Notes: generated by a model not told the origin, from the letters alone. Counted from the stretch's first letter, positions 37,747 to 47,664 are shown. The stretch: 55,093 bases of DNA from Acidimicrobiia bacterium (GCA_021296415.1 JAGWAL010000012.1:1-55093), one strand, 5' to 3'. Program-made: numbers and translations.

Positions 37747-38118
37747 GTGTCGACTTCGGAGAACTCCCGGCCCTCTCTCGGCGCGGCGACACCGGCCCCC
37801 GACGACAAGCTCCCGGTCAAGATGCTCAACGACCGGATCATGGTGCGGATCGGCCCGGCCGAGGGCGAGCGCCGCTCGTCGGGCGGCATCCTCATCCCCG
37901 CGACCGCGCAGGTGGGCAAGCGTCTCACCTGGGCGGAGGTCGTTGCCGTCGGCCCCAACGTGCGATCCATGGAGCCGGGCGACAGGGTGCTCTTCAACCC
38001 CGAGGATCGCTACGAGGTGGAGGTCAGGGGCGTCGACTACATCATCCTGCGGGAGCGTGACGTGCACGCCGTGGCCGCCCAACGGCTCGAGGAGGGGAGC
38101 ACCGGCCTCTACCTCTGA
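37747..38118 (+). CDS. orphan GroES/Cpn10-like protein with C-terminal GLYL tail
   Basis: LNDRIMV, SSGGILIP mobile loop, VVAVGP, GDRVLF, YIILRERDV; no groEL adjacent; TAGCGT-N6-GTG start. Confidence 0.88.
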   Translation: MSTSENSRPSLGAATPAPDDKLPVKMLNDRIMVRIGPAEGERRSSGGILIPATAQVGKRLTWAEVVAVGPNVRSMEPGDRVLFNPEDRYEVEVRGVDYIILRERDVHAVAAQRLEEGSTGLYL

Positions 38119-38158
38119 GAGTCGCGGCGTCCGCGGGAGGCGCCCCTAGCATGAACGG

Positions 38159-38512
38159 ATGACCGTCGCCACGCCCATCACGCCCGCACCGGGCGCCCTC
38201 GAGTCGGTCGTCTTCAATGCCGACGGTCTGGTTCCCGCCATCGTGCAGGACCACGACACGGGCGCCGTGCTGATGCTTGCCTGGATGGACGACGAGGCTC
38301 TGCGACGCACCCTCGCCACCGGGAGGACCTGGTTCTGGAGCCGTTCCCGCCGGGAGTACTGGTGCAAGGGTGAGACCTCCGGCGACCGGCAGTACGTCCG
38401 CGAGGCGTACTACGACTGCGATGGCGACACCCTGCTGATCAAGGTGATCCAGGAGGGCCGCGGCGCCTGCCACACGGGTGAGCGCTCGTGTTTCTTCACC
38501 TCTTTCGGCTGA
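38159..38512 (+). CDS. hisI: phosphoribosyl-AMP cyclohydrolase
   Basis: [35 protein letters not shown]. Confidence 0.95.
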   Translation: MTVATPITPAPGALESVVFNADGLVPAIVQDHDTGAVLMLAWMDDEALRRTLATGRTWFWSRSRREYWCKGETSGDRQYVREAYYDCDGDTLLIKVIQEGRGACHTGERSCFFTSFG

Positions 38513-38519
38513 GGGCGCC

Positions 38520-40028
38520 GTGAGCGCCCGACCCGGCAGGGAGGAGTTCGGCCGCCTGGCGGTCGGCCATCGCGTGGTGCCGGTCTGGCGGGAACTCCTG
38601 GCCGACTTGATCACACCGGTGGCGGCGTTCTCGCGGATCGTGGGCGACGAACCGGGGTTCCTGCTGGAGTCGACCGAACGCGGCAACCGCTGGAGTCGCT
38701 TCTCGTTCATGGGGTGTCGCCCGCGGGCCAGGATCGTGGCGAAGGGCCGCCGGCTCGAGATCAGCGGCGACGACCTCGGCCCGGTGCCCACCGAGGCAGG
38801 CGTGCTGGCGGCGCTCGAGGTGATCCTGGAGCGCTTCAAGTCCCCCGCCATGGAGGGGCTGCCGCCCCTGCATTCCGGCCTCGTCGGCTACATCGGCTAC
38901 GACATCGTGCGCGAGGTGGAGCACCTTCCGAGCGCACCGCTCGACGATCTGGGGATGCCCGACGCGGTGCTGGACGTGATCGGGCGGCTGGTGGCGTTCG
39001 ATCACTGGCGCCAGCGGGTCCTCCTGATCCACAACGTGATCCTCCCGCCCGAACCGTCGGAGGCCTTCCTGGACGACGCCTACGAGCGAGCGCTCGCATC
39101 GCTCGACGAGCTGGCCCGCGCCGGGGCCCGGCCCCAGCCCGAGCCGCTGCTGGCACCGCCGGGCGACAACGACCCGTTGCCCGAGATCACATCGACTTGC
39201 ACCCGCGACGAGTACTGCGCGGCGGTCCGCGCCGCCAAGGAGCACATCCTCGAGGGCGACATCTTCCAAGTGGTGCTGTCCGAGCGCTTCGATTTCGACC
39301 TGCAGGCCGAGCCCTTCCAGCTGTACCGATCGCTCCGGCAGGTCAACCCCAGCCCGTACATGTACTTCCTGCGCCAGCCGGAGGTCACCCTGGTGGGGAG
39401 TTCACCCGAGCCGATGGTGCAGTTGCGCGACGGGAGGGTGACCTCGCGCCCCATCGCCGGCACCCGGCCGCGCGGTGCCGATGAGCGGGAGGACCGTCGG
39501 CTCGCCGGCGAGCTCGCCGAGCATCCCAAGGAGCTGGCGGAGCATCTGATGCTGCTGGACCTGGCGCGGAACGACGTCGGCAGGGTGGTGCGGCCCGGCA
39601 CGCTGCGCACCGAGGAGCAGATGACACTCGAGTACTACAGCCACGTCATGCATCTCACCTCGCAGGTCGCCGGCGAGTTGGCCGAGGGGCACGGCCCCGT
39701 GGACGTGTTGCGGGCGACCCTGCCCGCCGGGACCGTCTCCGGAGCTCCCAAGGTGCGCGCCATGGAGATCATCGACGATCTTGAGACGACCCGGCGCGGG
39801 CCCTATGCAGGTGTCGTGGGCTACCTGGACTTCTCCGGCAATCTCGACACGGCCATCACCATCCGCACTGTTGCCGTGCGCGACGGCCGCGCCCACCTGC
39901 AGGCCGGCGCGGGCATCGTCGCCGACAGCGTTCCGGAGGAGGAGGAGTTGGAATGCCGGGCCAAGGCGCGGGCACTGCTGGCGGCAGTGCACGCTGCGCG
40001 GGCCATGACCCGCGACGCCGGCGGGTGA
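38520..40028 (+). CDS. trpE: anthranilate synthase component I
   Basis: FLLES, GDIFQVVLS, NPSPYM, PAGTVSGAPK, QAGAGIVADS. Confidence 0.93.
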   Translation: MSARPGREEFGRLAVGHRVVPVWRELLADLITPVAAFSRIVGDEPGFLLESTERGNRWSRFSFMGCRPRARIVAKGRRLEISGDDLGPVPTEAGVLAALEVILERFKSPAMEGLPPLHSGLVGYIGYDIVREVEHLPSAPLDDLGMPDAVLDVIGRLVAFDHWRQRVLLIHNVILPPEPSEAFLDDAYERALASLDELARAGARPQPEPLLAPPGDNDPLPEITSTCTRDEYCAAVRAAKEHILEGDIFQVVLSERFDFDLQAEPFQLYRSLRQVNPSPYMYFLRQPEVTLVGSSPEPMVQLRDGRVTSRPIAGTRPRGADEREDRRLAGELAEHPKELAEHLMLLDLARNDVGRVVRPGTLRTEEQMTLEYYSHVMHLTSQVAGELAEGHGPVDVLRATLPAGTVSGAPKVRAMEIIDDLETTRRGPYAGVVGYLDFSGNLDTAITIRTVAVRDGRAHLQAGAGIVADSVPEEEELECRAKARALLAAVHAARAMTRDAGG

Positions 40029-40038
40029 GCACGGCGCC

Positions 40039-41004
40039 GTGAGAGTCTCCGAGCGCTACCTCGAGGACTACCGGGCGTTGCGTCACGGCGCGGGAGCGGT
40101 GGTGACCGGTCGCGACGTGCTGGAGGTGCGGGGGGAGGACGCGGCGGGCTTCCTGCAGGGCCAGCTCAGCCAGGACGTCGACGCGCTGGCACCCGGTGAC
40201 GTCGTTCTCTCCCTGCTGCTGCAGCCCGACGGCAAGCTGCAGTGCCTCCTGCGAATCAGCCGAGCCGGCCCGGATCGGTTCCTCTGCGACCTCGCGGCCG
40301 GCGAGGGCGAGGCGGCCCTGGCACGGCTCGAGCGCTTCAAGCTCCGCGTGGCGGCGGACATGGAACTGCGGCGGCTCAGCATGGTCGCCGTGCGGGGTCC
40401 GGAGGCCCCGGCGCTGCCGCGGCTCGGCGCCGGCTCTGCCGCGAGCGCTGCGACCGGCGACTCCCATGGCGGCAACGGCGATCCCGGGAGCGCCATCGTG
40501 GCGGCGCCGGTGCGGTGGGGGAGCCTGCCGGGCTGGGATCTGGTGGCCGGCGAGGTGACGCCGCCGCCGGGGGTGCTTCTCTGCGACCCCGCGGCACTCG
40601 AGGCGGTGCGTATCGAATCGGGCGTCCCCGCAGCGGGCTGTGAGCTGACGGCGGGCCTCATACCCGCGGAGGCGGGCATCGTGGCCGAGACGGTGAGCTT
40701 CACGAAGGGGTGCTTCGTGGGTCAGGAACTGGTCGCCCGGATCGATAGCCGGGGAGGCAATACGCCGCGGCGGCTGCGCGGCGTCGTGCTCCCCGATGCC
40801 GAGGCGCCTCCCACCGGCACGCCACTGGTGGACCTCGACGGCAAGGCGCTGGGGCGCATCACCAGCAGCGCCTTCTCGCCGACCTTCGGTACGGCGGTGG
40901 CCCTGGCGTACGTCCACCGTCGTGCCGACCCTCCGGCGCCCGCGCACCTCGGCGAGTCGGGCGGGCCGGCCTGCGAGATCCGGCCGCTCCCGCTTGTGCC
41001 GTGA
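40039..41004 (+). CDS. ygfZ: YgfZ/GcvT-like folate-binding protein
   Basis: FLQGQLSQDV and KGCFVGQELVAR signature. Confidence 0.88.
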   Translation: MRVSERYLEDYRALRHGAGAVVTGRDVLEVRGEDAAGFLQGQLSQDVDALAPGDVVLSLLLQPDGKLQCLLRISRAGPDRFLCDLAAGEGEAALARLERFKLRVAADMELRRLSMVAVRGPEAPALPRLGAGSAASAATGDSHGGNGDPGSAIVAAPVRWGSLPGWDLVAGEVTPPPGVLLCDPAALEAVRIESGVPAAGCELTAGLIPAEAGIVAETVSFTKGCFVGQELVARIDSRGGNTPRRLRGVVLPDAEAPPTGTPLVDLDGKALGRITSSAFSPTFGTAVALAYVHRRADPPAPAHLGESGGPACEIRPLPLVP

Positions 41005-41792
41005 CCACCTACCTCGACGCGATCGTCCGGCACCATCGCCGGCGAGCGGCGGCGGACGCTCGTCCCCTGGCCGACCTCTTGCGGCAGGTGGCGGACCTGC
41101 CGGCGCCGCGGGGCATGGCGGCCGGCCTGGTGAGCGCGCCCGGGGTGTCCATCATCGCCGAGGTGAAGCGTCGCTCACCGTCGGCCGGCGATCTCTGGGC
41201 CGATCTGGATCCGGCGGCGCTGGCCTCCGCCTATCGCAACGGCGGGGCGGCCGCCTTGTCCGTGCTGACCGACGAGGCGTACTTCGGCGGTTCGGCGGAC
41301 GACCTGCGGGCCGCGCGGCTGGCCGCAGAGCTCCCCGTGCTGCGCAAGGACTTCACCGTCTGCCCCGCCGACGTCTGCGATGCGCGCCTCATGGGCGCCG
41401 ACGCGGTGCTGCTGATCGCCGCCGCCCTGGACGACCACGAGCTGCGGGACTTCGCGGCGCTGGCCGTCGAACTCGGCCTCGACCCGCTCGTGGAGGTGCA
41501 CGACGACGCCGAGAGCGAGCGGGCCGCCGCCCTTGGGGCGCGGTTCATCGGCGTGAACCAGCGCGACCTGCAGACCTTCGCCGTCGACCGTTCCGCGGCG
41601 GTGCGCCTCGCCGATCGGCTCCCGACCGATGCCGTGACCGTGGCCGAGTCCGGTATCCGCTCCGGCGCGGAGGTCGTGGCGGTGCGGGACGCCGGCTACG
41701 ACGCCGTGCTCGTGGGCCAGTCGGTCGTCGCTGCCGGAGGTCTCGCCGCGGCGGGCCGGGCGGTCGCCGACCTCGTGGCAGCCGGCCGGTAG
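41001..41792 (+). CDS. trpC: indole-3-glycerol phosphate synthase
   Basis: IAEVKRRSPS, SVLTD, LRKDF, GVNQRDL, AESGI. Confidence 0.94.
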   Translation: MTTYLDAIVRHHRRRAAADARPLADLLRQVADLPAPRGMAAGLVSAPGVSIIAEVKRRSPSAGDLWADLDPAALASAYRNGGAAALSVLTDEAYFGGSADDLRAARLAAELPVLRKDFTVCPADVCDARLMGADAVLLIAAALDDHELRDFAALAVELGLDPLVEVHDDAESERAAALGARFIGVNQRDLQTFAVDRSAAVRLADRLPTDAVTVAESGIRSGAEVVAVRDAGYDAVLVGQSVVAAGGLAAAGRAVADLVAAGR

Positions 41793-41802
41793 GGTCGCGG
41801 GC

Positions 41803-42465
41803 GTGTTCGTCAAGATCTGCGGTATCACGAGCGAGGAGGACGGCCTGCTGGCAGTGGCGATGGGAGCCGACGCGGTCGGATTCCTGTTCGCACCCTCCCC
41901 CCGCCGGGTTTCGCCGACGAGGGCCGGCGAGATCTCGCGCCGGCTGCCACCGGAGATCCTGACCGTCGGCGTGTTCCGCAACGAGGATCCCCGCGCCGTG
42001 GTGGACATCGCCAACCGGGCCCGGCTGCGGGCCGTGCAGCTGCACGGCCACGAATCCCCCGCGGAGACCCGCCGCGTGCGCGAGCAGGTGGGAACGGTCA
42101 TCAAGGCCTTCCGCGCCGGCTCGGCGGAGTTGGAGCAGGCGCGTGACTACGGCGCGGACATCGTCCTGGTCGACGCCGACCAGCCGGGCTCGGGGAGGAT
42201 TTTCGACTGGGCACTCGCCGAGCGGGCCGCCGGCGCGCTCCCGGTCATGGTGGCCGGGGGTCTCAACCCCGAGAACGTGGCTGCGGCGATCGCCAAGACG
42301 CGTCCCTGGGGCGTCGACGTCTCCACGGGAGTGGAATCCTCGCCGGGGCGGAAAGATCCGCGCCTCGTGCGCGACTTCGTCACCGCGGCGCGCGCCCCCG
42401 GCGGCGGCGCGCCGCCCCCGGACTCCGTCAGCGGCGAGCTCTACGACTGGCAGGCGGAGTCCTGA
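41803..42465 (+). CDS. trpF: phosphoribosylanthranilate isomerase
   Basis: [35 protein letters not shown]. Confidence 0.94.
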   Translation: MFVKICGITSEEDGLLAVAMGADAVGFLFAPSPRRVSPTRAGEISRRLPPEILTVGVFRNEDPRAVVDIANRARLRAVQLHGHESPAETRRVREQVGTVIKAFRAGSAELEQARDYGADIVLVDADQPGSGRIFDWALAERAAGALPVMVAGGLNPENVAAAIAKTRPWGVDVSTGVESSPGRKDPRLVRDFVTAARAPGGGAPPPDSVSGELYDWQAES

Positions 42466-42499
42466 CGGGTGCCACCGGCTTGGTGACAGGAGATCTCTC

Positions 42500-43654
42500 A
42501 TGGCCATGACCGACCCCACGCCGGAGGGTCGTTTCGGCGAGTTCGGCGGCTGCTACGTGCCCGAAACGCTGGTGCCGGCCTGCCAGGAACTCGACCGGTC
42601 GTTCCGCTCCGCCTGGGCCGACGCCGCCTTTCGCGACCGCTTGGAGAGCCTGCTGCGCGACTACGCCGGCCGGCCGTCGCCGCTGAGCGACTGCATCCGG
42701 CTCTCGGCAGAGTTGGGTCTGCGGCTCCTGTTGAAGCGGGAGGACCTCAACCACACCGGTTCGCACAAGATCAACAACGTGCTGGGGCAGGCGCTGCTGG
42801 CTCAACGGATGGGAAAGGCCCGGCTCGTGGCCGAGACGGGAGCCGGCCAGCACGGTGTCGCCACCGCCACTGCCGCAGCGCTGCTGGGCATGGAGTGCAC
42901 CGTCTACATGGGCGAGGTCGACGTGGCTCGGCAGGAGTTGAACGTGTTCCGCATGCGGCTCCTGGGCGCCGAGGTCCATGCGGTGGCGACGGGCAGCCGA
43001 ACACTCAAGGACGCCATCAACGAGGCCCTGCGCGACTGGGTGGCAACCGTCGAGCGAACCCACTACTGCCTGGGCTCGGTCATGGGCCCCCATCCCTATC
43101 CCTGGATGGTGCGCGAATTCCACCGGGTGATCGGCGACGAGGCCCGCCGCCAGTGCGCGGCGCGGCTCGGGGGAGATCCCGACGTCGTCGTGGCTTGCGT
43201 CGGCGGCGGCTCCAACGCGGCCGGTATCTTCAGCGGATTCACCGATGGCGAGGCCGAACTCGTCGGCGTCGAGCCTGCGGGCGGCGCGGCCGTCGGGAGG
43301 GGGATCCCCGGGGTCGTGCACGGCTCTCTCTCCTACCTCATGCAGGACGAGTTCGGGCAGGTCCTGGAGGCGGCGTCGATCTCGGCCGGGTTGGACTACC
43401 CCGGCGTCGGGCCGGAACACGCCCACCTGGCCCGCACCGGTCGCGCCCGCTACGAGAGCGTTACCGACGACGAGGTGCTCGCCGCGTTCGAGCTGCTGTC
43501 GCGAACCGAAGGCATCATTCCCGCCCTCGAACCCGCCCACGGGCTGGCCTGGATAAGCCGCGAGCGCCGGGCGCTGGCCGGACGCACGGTCCTGCTGAAC
43601 CTCTCGGGCCGGGGGGACAAGGACGTCGATCTGGTCATGGGACTGCAGGCGTGA
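42500..43654 (+). CDS. trpB: tryptophan synthase beta chain
   Basis: [47 protein letters not shown]. Confidence 0.96.
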   Translation: MAMTDPTPEGRFGEFGGCYVPETLVPACQELDRSFRSAWADAAFRDRLESLLRDYAGRPSPLSDCIRLSAELGLRLLLKREDLNHTGSHKINNVLGQALLAQRMGKARLVAETGAGQHGVATATAAALLGMECTVYMGEVDVARQELNVFRMRLLGAEVHAVATGSRTLKDAINEALRDWVATVERTHYCLGSVMGPHPYPWMVREFHRVIGDEARRQCAARLGGDPDVVVACVGGGSNAAGIFSGFTDGEAELVGVEPAGGAAVGRGIPGVVHGSLSYLMQDEFGQVLEAASISAGLDYPGVGPEHAHLARTGRARYESVTDDEVLAAFELLSRTEGIIPALEPAHGLAWISRERRALAGRTVLLNLSGRGDKDVDLVMGLQA

Positions 43655-44448
43655 CCAGCCGCAGCCCGGGCCGCCTGGAGGCCGCACTGCGGGCCGCGCG
43701 CGACGCCGGGCGCAAGTCACTCGTCCCCTACATCACCGGTGGCCTCGACGGCTGGCGGCCCGCGGTCGAGGCCGCCGCCGCGGCCGGAGCCGACGGCGTG
43801 GAGATCGGCATCCCGTTCTCCGACCCGGTCATGGACGGTCCCACGATCCAGGCCGCCGGCGACCGGGCGCTCGCCGCGGGGGCAACTCCGGCCGGCATCC
43901 TGGCCGCCGCCGCCGAGTTGGACGTCGGCGTGCCGCTGGTGGTGATGACCTACTACAACATCGCCCACCACATGGGCCATCGGCGGTTCGCCCGCTCGCT
44001 GGCGGAGACCGGGTTCGCCGGCGCCATCCTGGCCGACCTGCCGCTGGAGGAGAGCGCGCCCTGGACCGCCGCCGCCGACGAGGCCGGGATCGAGACGGTG
44101 CTCCTGGCCGCGCCGACCGCCTCGGCCGAGCGCCTGGCGGCCGTGTGCGCCCGCGCCCGGGGCTTCGTCTATGCCGTCGGCCTGCTCGGCGTGACGGGGG
44201 AGCGGGACACCCTGGCGGCCAGCGCCACCGTGATCGCCGGCCGGCTCAAGGCGGTCACCGATCTGCCGGTGCTGGTGGGGGTGGGAGTGTCGACGCCGCG
44301 CCAGGCGACGGAGGCGACGACGGTCGCCGACGGGGTGGTCGTCGGCTCGGCCGTCGTGCGAAGGCTGCTGGACGGACACGGGCCCGAGGGCGTCGGGGAG
44401 GTCGTCGGCGATCTGCGCCGTGCCCTGGACCGCCACGCATCCCGGTGA
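43651..44448 (+). CDS. trpA: tryptophan synthase alpha chain
   Basis: [34 protein letters not shown]. Confidence 0.95.
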   Translation: MTSRSPGRLEAALRAARDAGRKSLVPYITGGLDGWRPAVEAAAAAGADGVEIGIPFSDPVMDGPTIQAAGDRALAAGATPAGILAAAAELDVGVPLVVMTYYNIAHHMGHRRFARSLAETGFAGAILADLPLEESAPWTAAADEAGIETVLLAAPTASAERLAAVCARARGFVYAVGLLGVTGERDTLAASATVIAGRLKAVTDLPVLVGVGVSTPRQATEATTVADGVVVGSAVVRRLLDGHGPEGVGEVVGDLRRALDRHASR

Positions 44449-45737
44449 GATGCCGGCCGATACCGGCCGCGGCCCGCGGGCACGGGGCCGTGGCTGCCGT
44501 CACGGTGCTCGCGGTGCTGGCGGCGGCCTGCGGAGGAACCGAGGCGCCCGCGGCTGCTTCGCCAGCTCCGACGACCACGACCCTGTTCATACCGGAGGCG
44601 CCGGAGACCGACGTGCCACCGCCGAATGCGAATGGCGACATCCCGCCCGGTCGGGCGCCCCTGGCGGACAGCAGCGGGCGCGAGTCGGTGCCCTCCGCGC
44701 TCGTGGACCGCTTCTGGCCCGGCTTCGCCGCGCTCATCCCTCCCGAGCAGATCCGCTCGGGCGGCCCGCCGCCCGACGGCATCCCCGCCCTCGACGAGCC
44801 GGTCTTGGCCCCCACCGACGAGATCGACTTCCTGGCCGACAGCGAGGCCGTCCTGTCCCTCGAGATCAACGGCGACGCGCGCGCCTACCCGCTGCAGATC
44901 ATGACCTGGCACGAGTTGGTCAACGACACCGTGGGCGGCGTGCCGGTGACCATCTCGTACTGCCCGCTGTGCAACTCCTCGGTTGCCTACGACCGCAATG
45001 CCGCCGGGCGGGTGCTCGACTTCGGCACCTCCGGGATGCTGTACCAGTCGTCGCTGGTCATGTACGACCGGCAGACCCAGTCGCTGTGGACCCACTTCGA
45101 CGGTCTCGCCGTGATAGGGGAACTGATCGGCACCCAACTGGACTTCTGGCCGATGGCCGTGGTGTCCTGGGAAGCCTGGCGTGACGCGCATCCCGACGGG
45201 ATGGTCCTGACGCAGGAGACCGGCTATTTCCGGACCTATGGGCGAAACCCCTATGTCGGCTACGAGACCAGCGAGCGGCTGCTCAGCCCCGCCTTCCAAT
45301 CCACCGACATCGACGAGCGCCTGCCCGCCAAGGAGCGGGTCGTGGGTATCCGCAGCGCCGGCGATGCGGTCGCCGTGCGGCACGCGCACCTCGAGGAGGC
45401 GGGCGTCGTGGAGGTGGATCTCGCAGGCGTGCCGCTCGTCGCCTGGAACCTCCCGGGAGCCAGTTCCGCGATCGATGCGCCGGAGCTGTCCAACGGGATC
45501 GACGTGGGCTCCAGCGGCGTCTTCGAACGCCGACTCGAGGGGCGGCTGCTGAGTTTCAGCCGCGCCGGCGACGGGTTCCGCGACGCCGAGACCGGCTCGG
45601 TCTGGAACCTCTTCGGCGAGGCCACCGCCGGCGAGCTGGCAGGCAGCCGGCTGCGCCCGCGGGAGTTCGTGGACACCTTCTGGTTCGCCTGGGGCACCTT
45701 CGAGCCCACCAGCAGCATCGTCCCGCCGCTGGGTTAG
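44445..45737 (+). CDS. DUF3179 family lipoprotein with CxxC
   Basis: Lipobox LAAC; GGPPPDGIP, AYP...WHELVND, YCPLC, FGTSG.LY.S.LVMYDRQT.SLW, FWFAW motifs; start approximate. Confidence 0.82.
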   Translation: MRCRPIPAAARGHGAVAAVTVLAVLAAACGGTEAPAAASPAPTTTTLFIPEAPETDVPPPNANGDIPPGRAPLADSSGRESVPSALVDRFWPGFAALIPPEQIRSGGPPPDGIPALDEPVLAPTDEIDFLADSEAVLSLEINGDARAYPLQIMTWHELVNDTVGGVPVTISYCPLCNSSVAYDRNAAGRVLDFGTSGMLYQSSLVMYDRQTQSLWTHFDGLAVIGELIGTQLDFWPMAVVSWEAWRDAHPDGMVLTQETGYFRTYGRNPYVGYETSERLLSPAFQSTDIDERLPAKERVVGIRSAGDAVAVRHAHLEEAGVVEVDLAGVPLVAWNLPGASSAIDAPELSNGIDVGSSGVFERRLEGRLLSFSRAGDGFRDAETGSVWNLFGEATAGELAGSRLRPREFVDTFWFAWGTFEPTSSIVPPLG

Positions 45738-45765
45738 CCGTTCGCCGGGCCAGCCGTTCGCTGCG

Positions 45766-47664
45766 CTAGCCCGTCGGGACTTCCATCGGGGGAGCCTCCT
45801 CCAGCAGGTCGGTGCGGTACAGGTAGCGGATGTCCCAGAGGCCGTAGAGGGTGGGCGTGGTGTTGCCGAAGACGTTGCGAACGGCGCTCAGACGCTCGCC
45901 CTGCGTCGTGTAGATGAGCGGCACGTTCTCGGCGACGATCTCCTGAGCGCGGTGATACAGGGCCACGCGTTCGGCCCGATCCAACTCCCGGCCCGCTGCC
46001 ACGTAGAGGTCGTTGATCTCGGCCTCCCAGGCCGTCGCCGGCGACGGCTGGTTGGGGTACCAGAGATGCAGTTGCTCGCTGCTGTGCCACACGTTGATGC
46101 CCTGGTGCGGGTCGGTGCCACCGGTCAGACCGATCACCACGGCCTCCCAGTCGTAGGAAACGGTGAGTCGCCCGACCAGATCGCCGAACTCGACCGGCAC
46201 GTAGTTGACGGCGAGGCCGATGTCCTCCATACCGCGGTGGATGATCTCGGTGACCCGCTGGCGGACATCGTTGCCCGTATTGGTCGCCAGCGAGAACCGG
46301 ATCGGGTTGCCGGCGGCGTCCTCGCGGACGCCGTCTCCGTCGCGATCGGTCCAGCCGAGCTCGTCGAGGATCTCGCCGGCACGAGCCGGGTCGTACCCGT
46401 AGCGCCGCACGTCGGGATTGTGGAAGTCGCCGGCGGCGGGGCTGATGGAGGACCACTGGGCGTAGCCCAGACCGTGCTGCACCTCATCGATGATGCTGTC
46501 CTTGTCGATGCTGTGAGCCACGGCCTGGCGGAAGCGCACGTCGCGGAACCAGGCGAGCTGCTCCGGGGCCACGTGGGGGTTGCCGGTCTCGGGATCGTAT
46601 CCCGGGTTCATGTTGAAGACCAGGAAGTTCGTCCCGAAGGCAGGACCACGCCGGTGGATCGTGAAGTTCTGCTCGTCCTGCAGAGGTTCGAGCCGAATGA
46701 ACTCCTCGCCCAGCACGCCGTGCGTGTCCGACTCGCCGGCGAGGAAGGCGGCGAGTGTGGCATCGAGGTTCTCGACGATGACGCGCACGATCTCGTCCAG
46801 GTACGGCAGGCGGTTGCCGGCGTCGTCGGTGAGCCAGTAGGTCGGGTTGCGGCGCATCACGAGCCGCTCGCCGGGTTCGTAGGCGGCGATGGTGAAGGGT
46901 CCGGTGCCGATGACCTCCGCCGGGTCCGTGTGGATGTCCCAGACCGAGGCGAACGTCCCGTCAGCGACGTGCCTCTCGAGGACGTGCTTCGGGTAGATGG
47001 CCGTGCCCAGCGAGCGCAGGAAGGACGCAGAGGGCACCGGCAGGACCATCCGCACCGTGTGATCGTCCAGCGCCGTGACCTCCATGTGGTCCTTCTGCCA
47101 CTGGCCCTCCTCGTCGAGGAACCGGAACTCGAAAGTCGGGCGCGCCGAGGCCGCGATCTCGTGGTTGTAGATGATCCGATTGAAGGTGAAGTCCACGTCG
47201 TGGGCGGTGAACGGCTCCCCGTCGTGCCAGGTGACGTCCCTGCGGAGATGGAATGTCCAGGTGAGGTCGTCCTCGGAGCGCTCCCAGGATTCCGCAAGCG
47301 CGGGCTCGACCTCGTCGTTCAACCAGGAGGTCTCGGTGAGCCCTTCGAAGAGATAGCCCAGCACGTTCGAGGAGCCGGCGTCGTTCGAGACGGCAAGGTT
47401 GAAGGTGAGCGGCTCGGAGATGGTGGCGATCGTGAGGCGGCCGCCGTGACTACCGACGGCGTAGCCGAACTCTGCCGCGTTGCGCCCGAGCGCGGCCACG
47501 ACCGACTCCGACTCGCCGCGCGGATCAGTGGTCTCCGAAGTCGCCGGGTCCTCGGTCCCCGTTGCGGCGGGCGCCGCGGCGGCCAGGAGCATGAGCGATG
47601 TGAGCAACAGTGTCAGCAGCGACCGGAGCCGCAGGCGGCGAAGGGCCAAGCCTCGTAACGTCAT
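45766..47664 (-). CDS. ABC transporter substrate-binding protein, family 5 (peptide/nickel)
   Basis: Signal peptide; PALAESW, WTFHLR..V.WHDGEPFTAHDV.FT, GTGPF motifs. Confidence 0.9.
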   Translation of the reverse strand: MTLRGLALRRLRLRSLLTLLLTSLMLLAAAAPAATGTEDPATSETTDPRGESESVVAALGRNAAEFGYAVGSHGGRLTIATISEPLTFNLAVSNDAGSSNVLGYLFEGLTETSWLNDEVEPALAESWERSEDDLTWTFHLRRDVTWHDGEPFTAHDVDFTFNRIIYNHEIAASARPTFEFRFLDEEGQWQKDHMEVTALDDHTVRMVLPVPSASFLRSLGTAIYPKHVLERHVADGTFASVWDIHTDPAEVIGTGPFTIAAYEPGERLVMRRNPTYWLTDDAGNRLPYLDEIVRVIVENLDATLAAFLAGESDTHGVLGEEFIRLEPLQDEQNFTIHRRGPAFGTNFLVFNMNPGYDPETGNPHVAPEQLAWFRDVRFRQAVAHSIDKDSIIDEVQHGLGYAQWSSISPAAGDFHNPDVRRYGYDPARAGEILDELGWTDRDGDGVREDAAGNPIRFSLATNTGNDVRQRVTEIIHRGMEDIGLAVNYVPVEFGDLVGRLTVSYDWEAVVIGLTGGTDPHQGINVWHSSEQLHLWYPNQPSPATAWEAEINDLYVAAGRELDRAERVALYHRAQEIVAENVPLIYTTQGERLSAVRNVFGNTTPTLYGLWDIRYLYRTDLLEEAPPMEVPTG

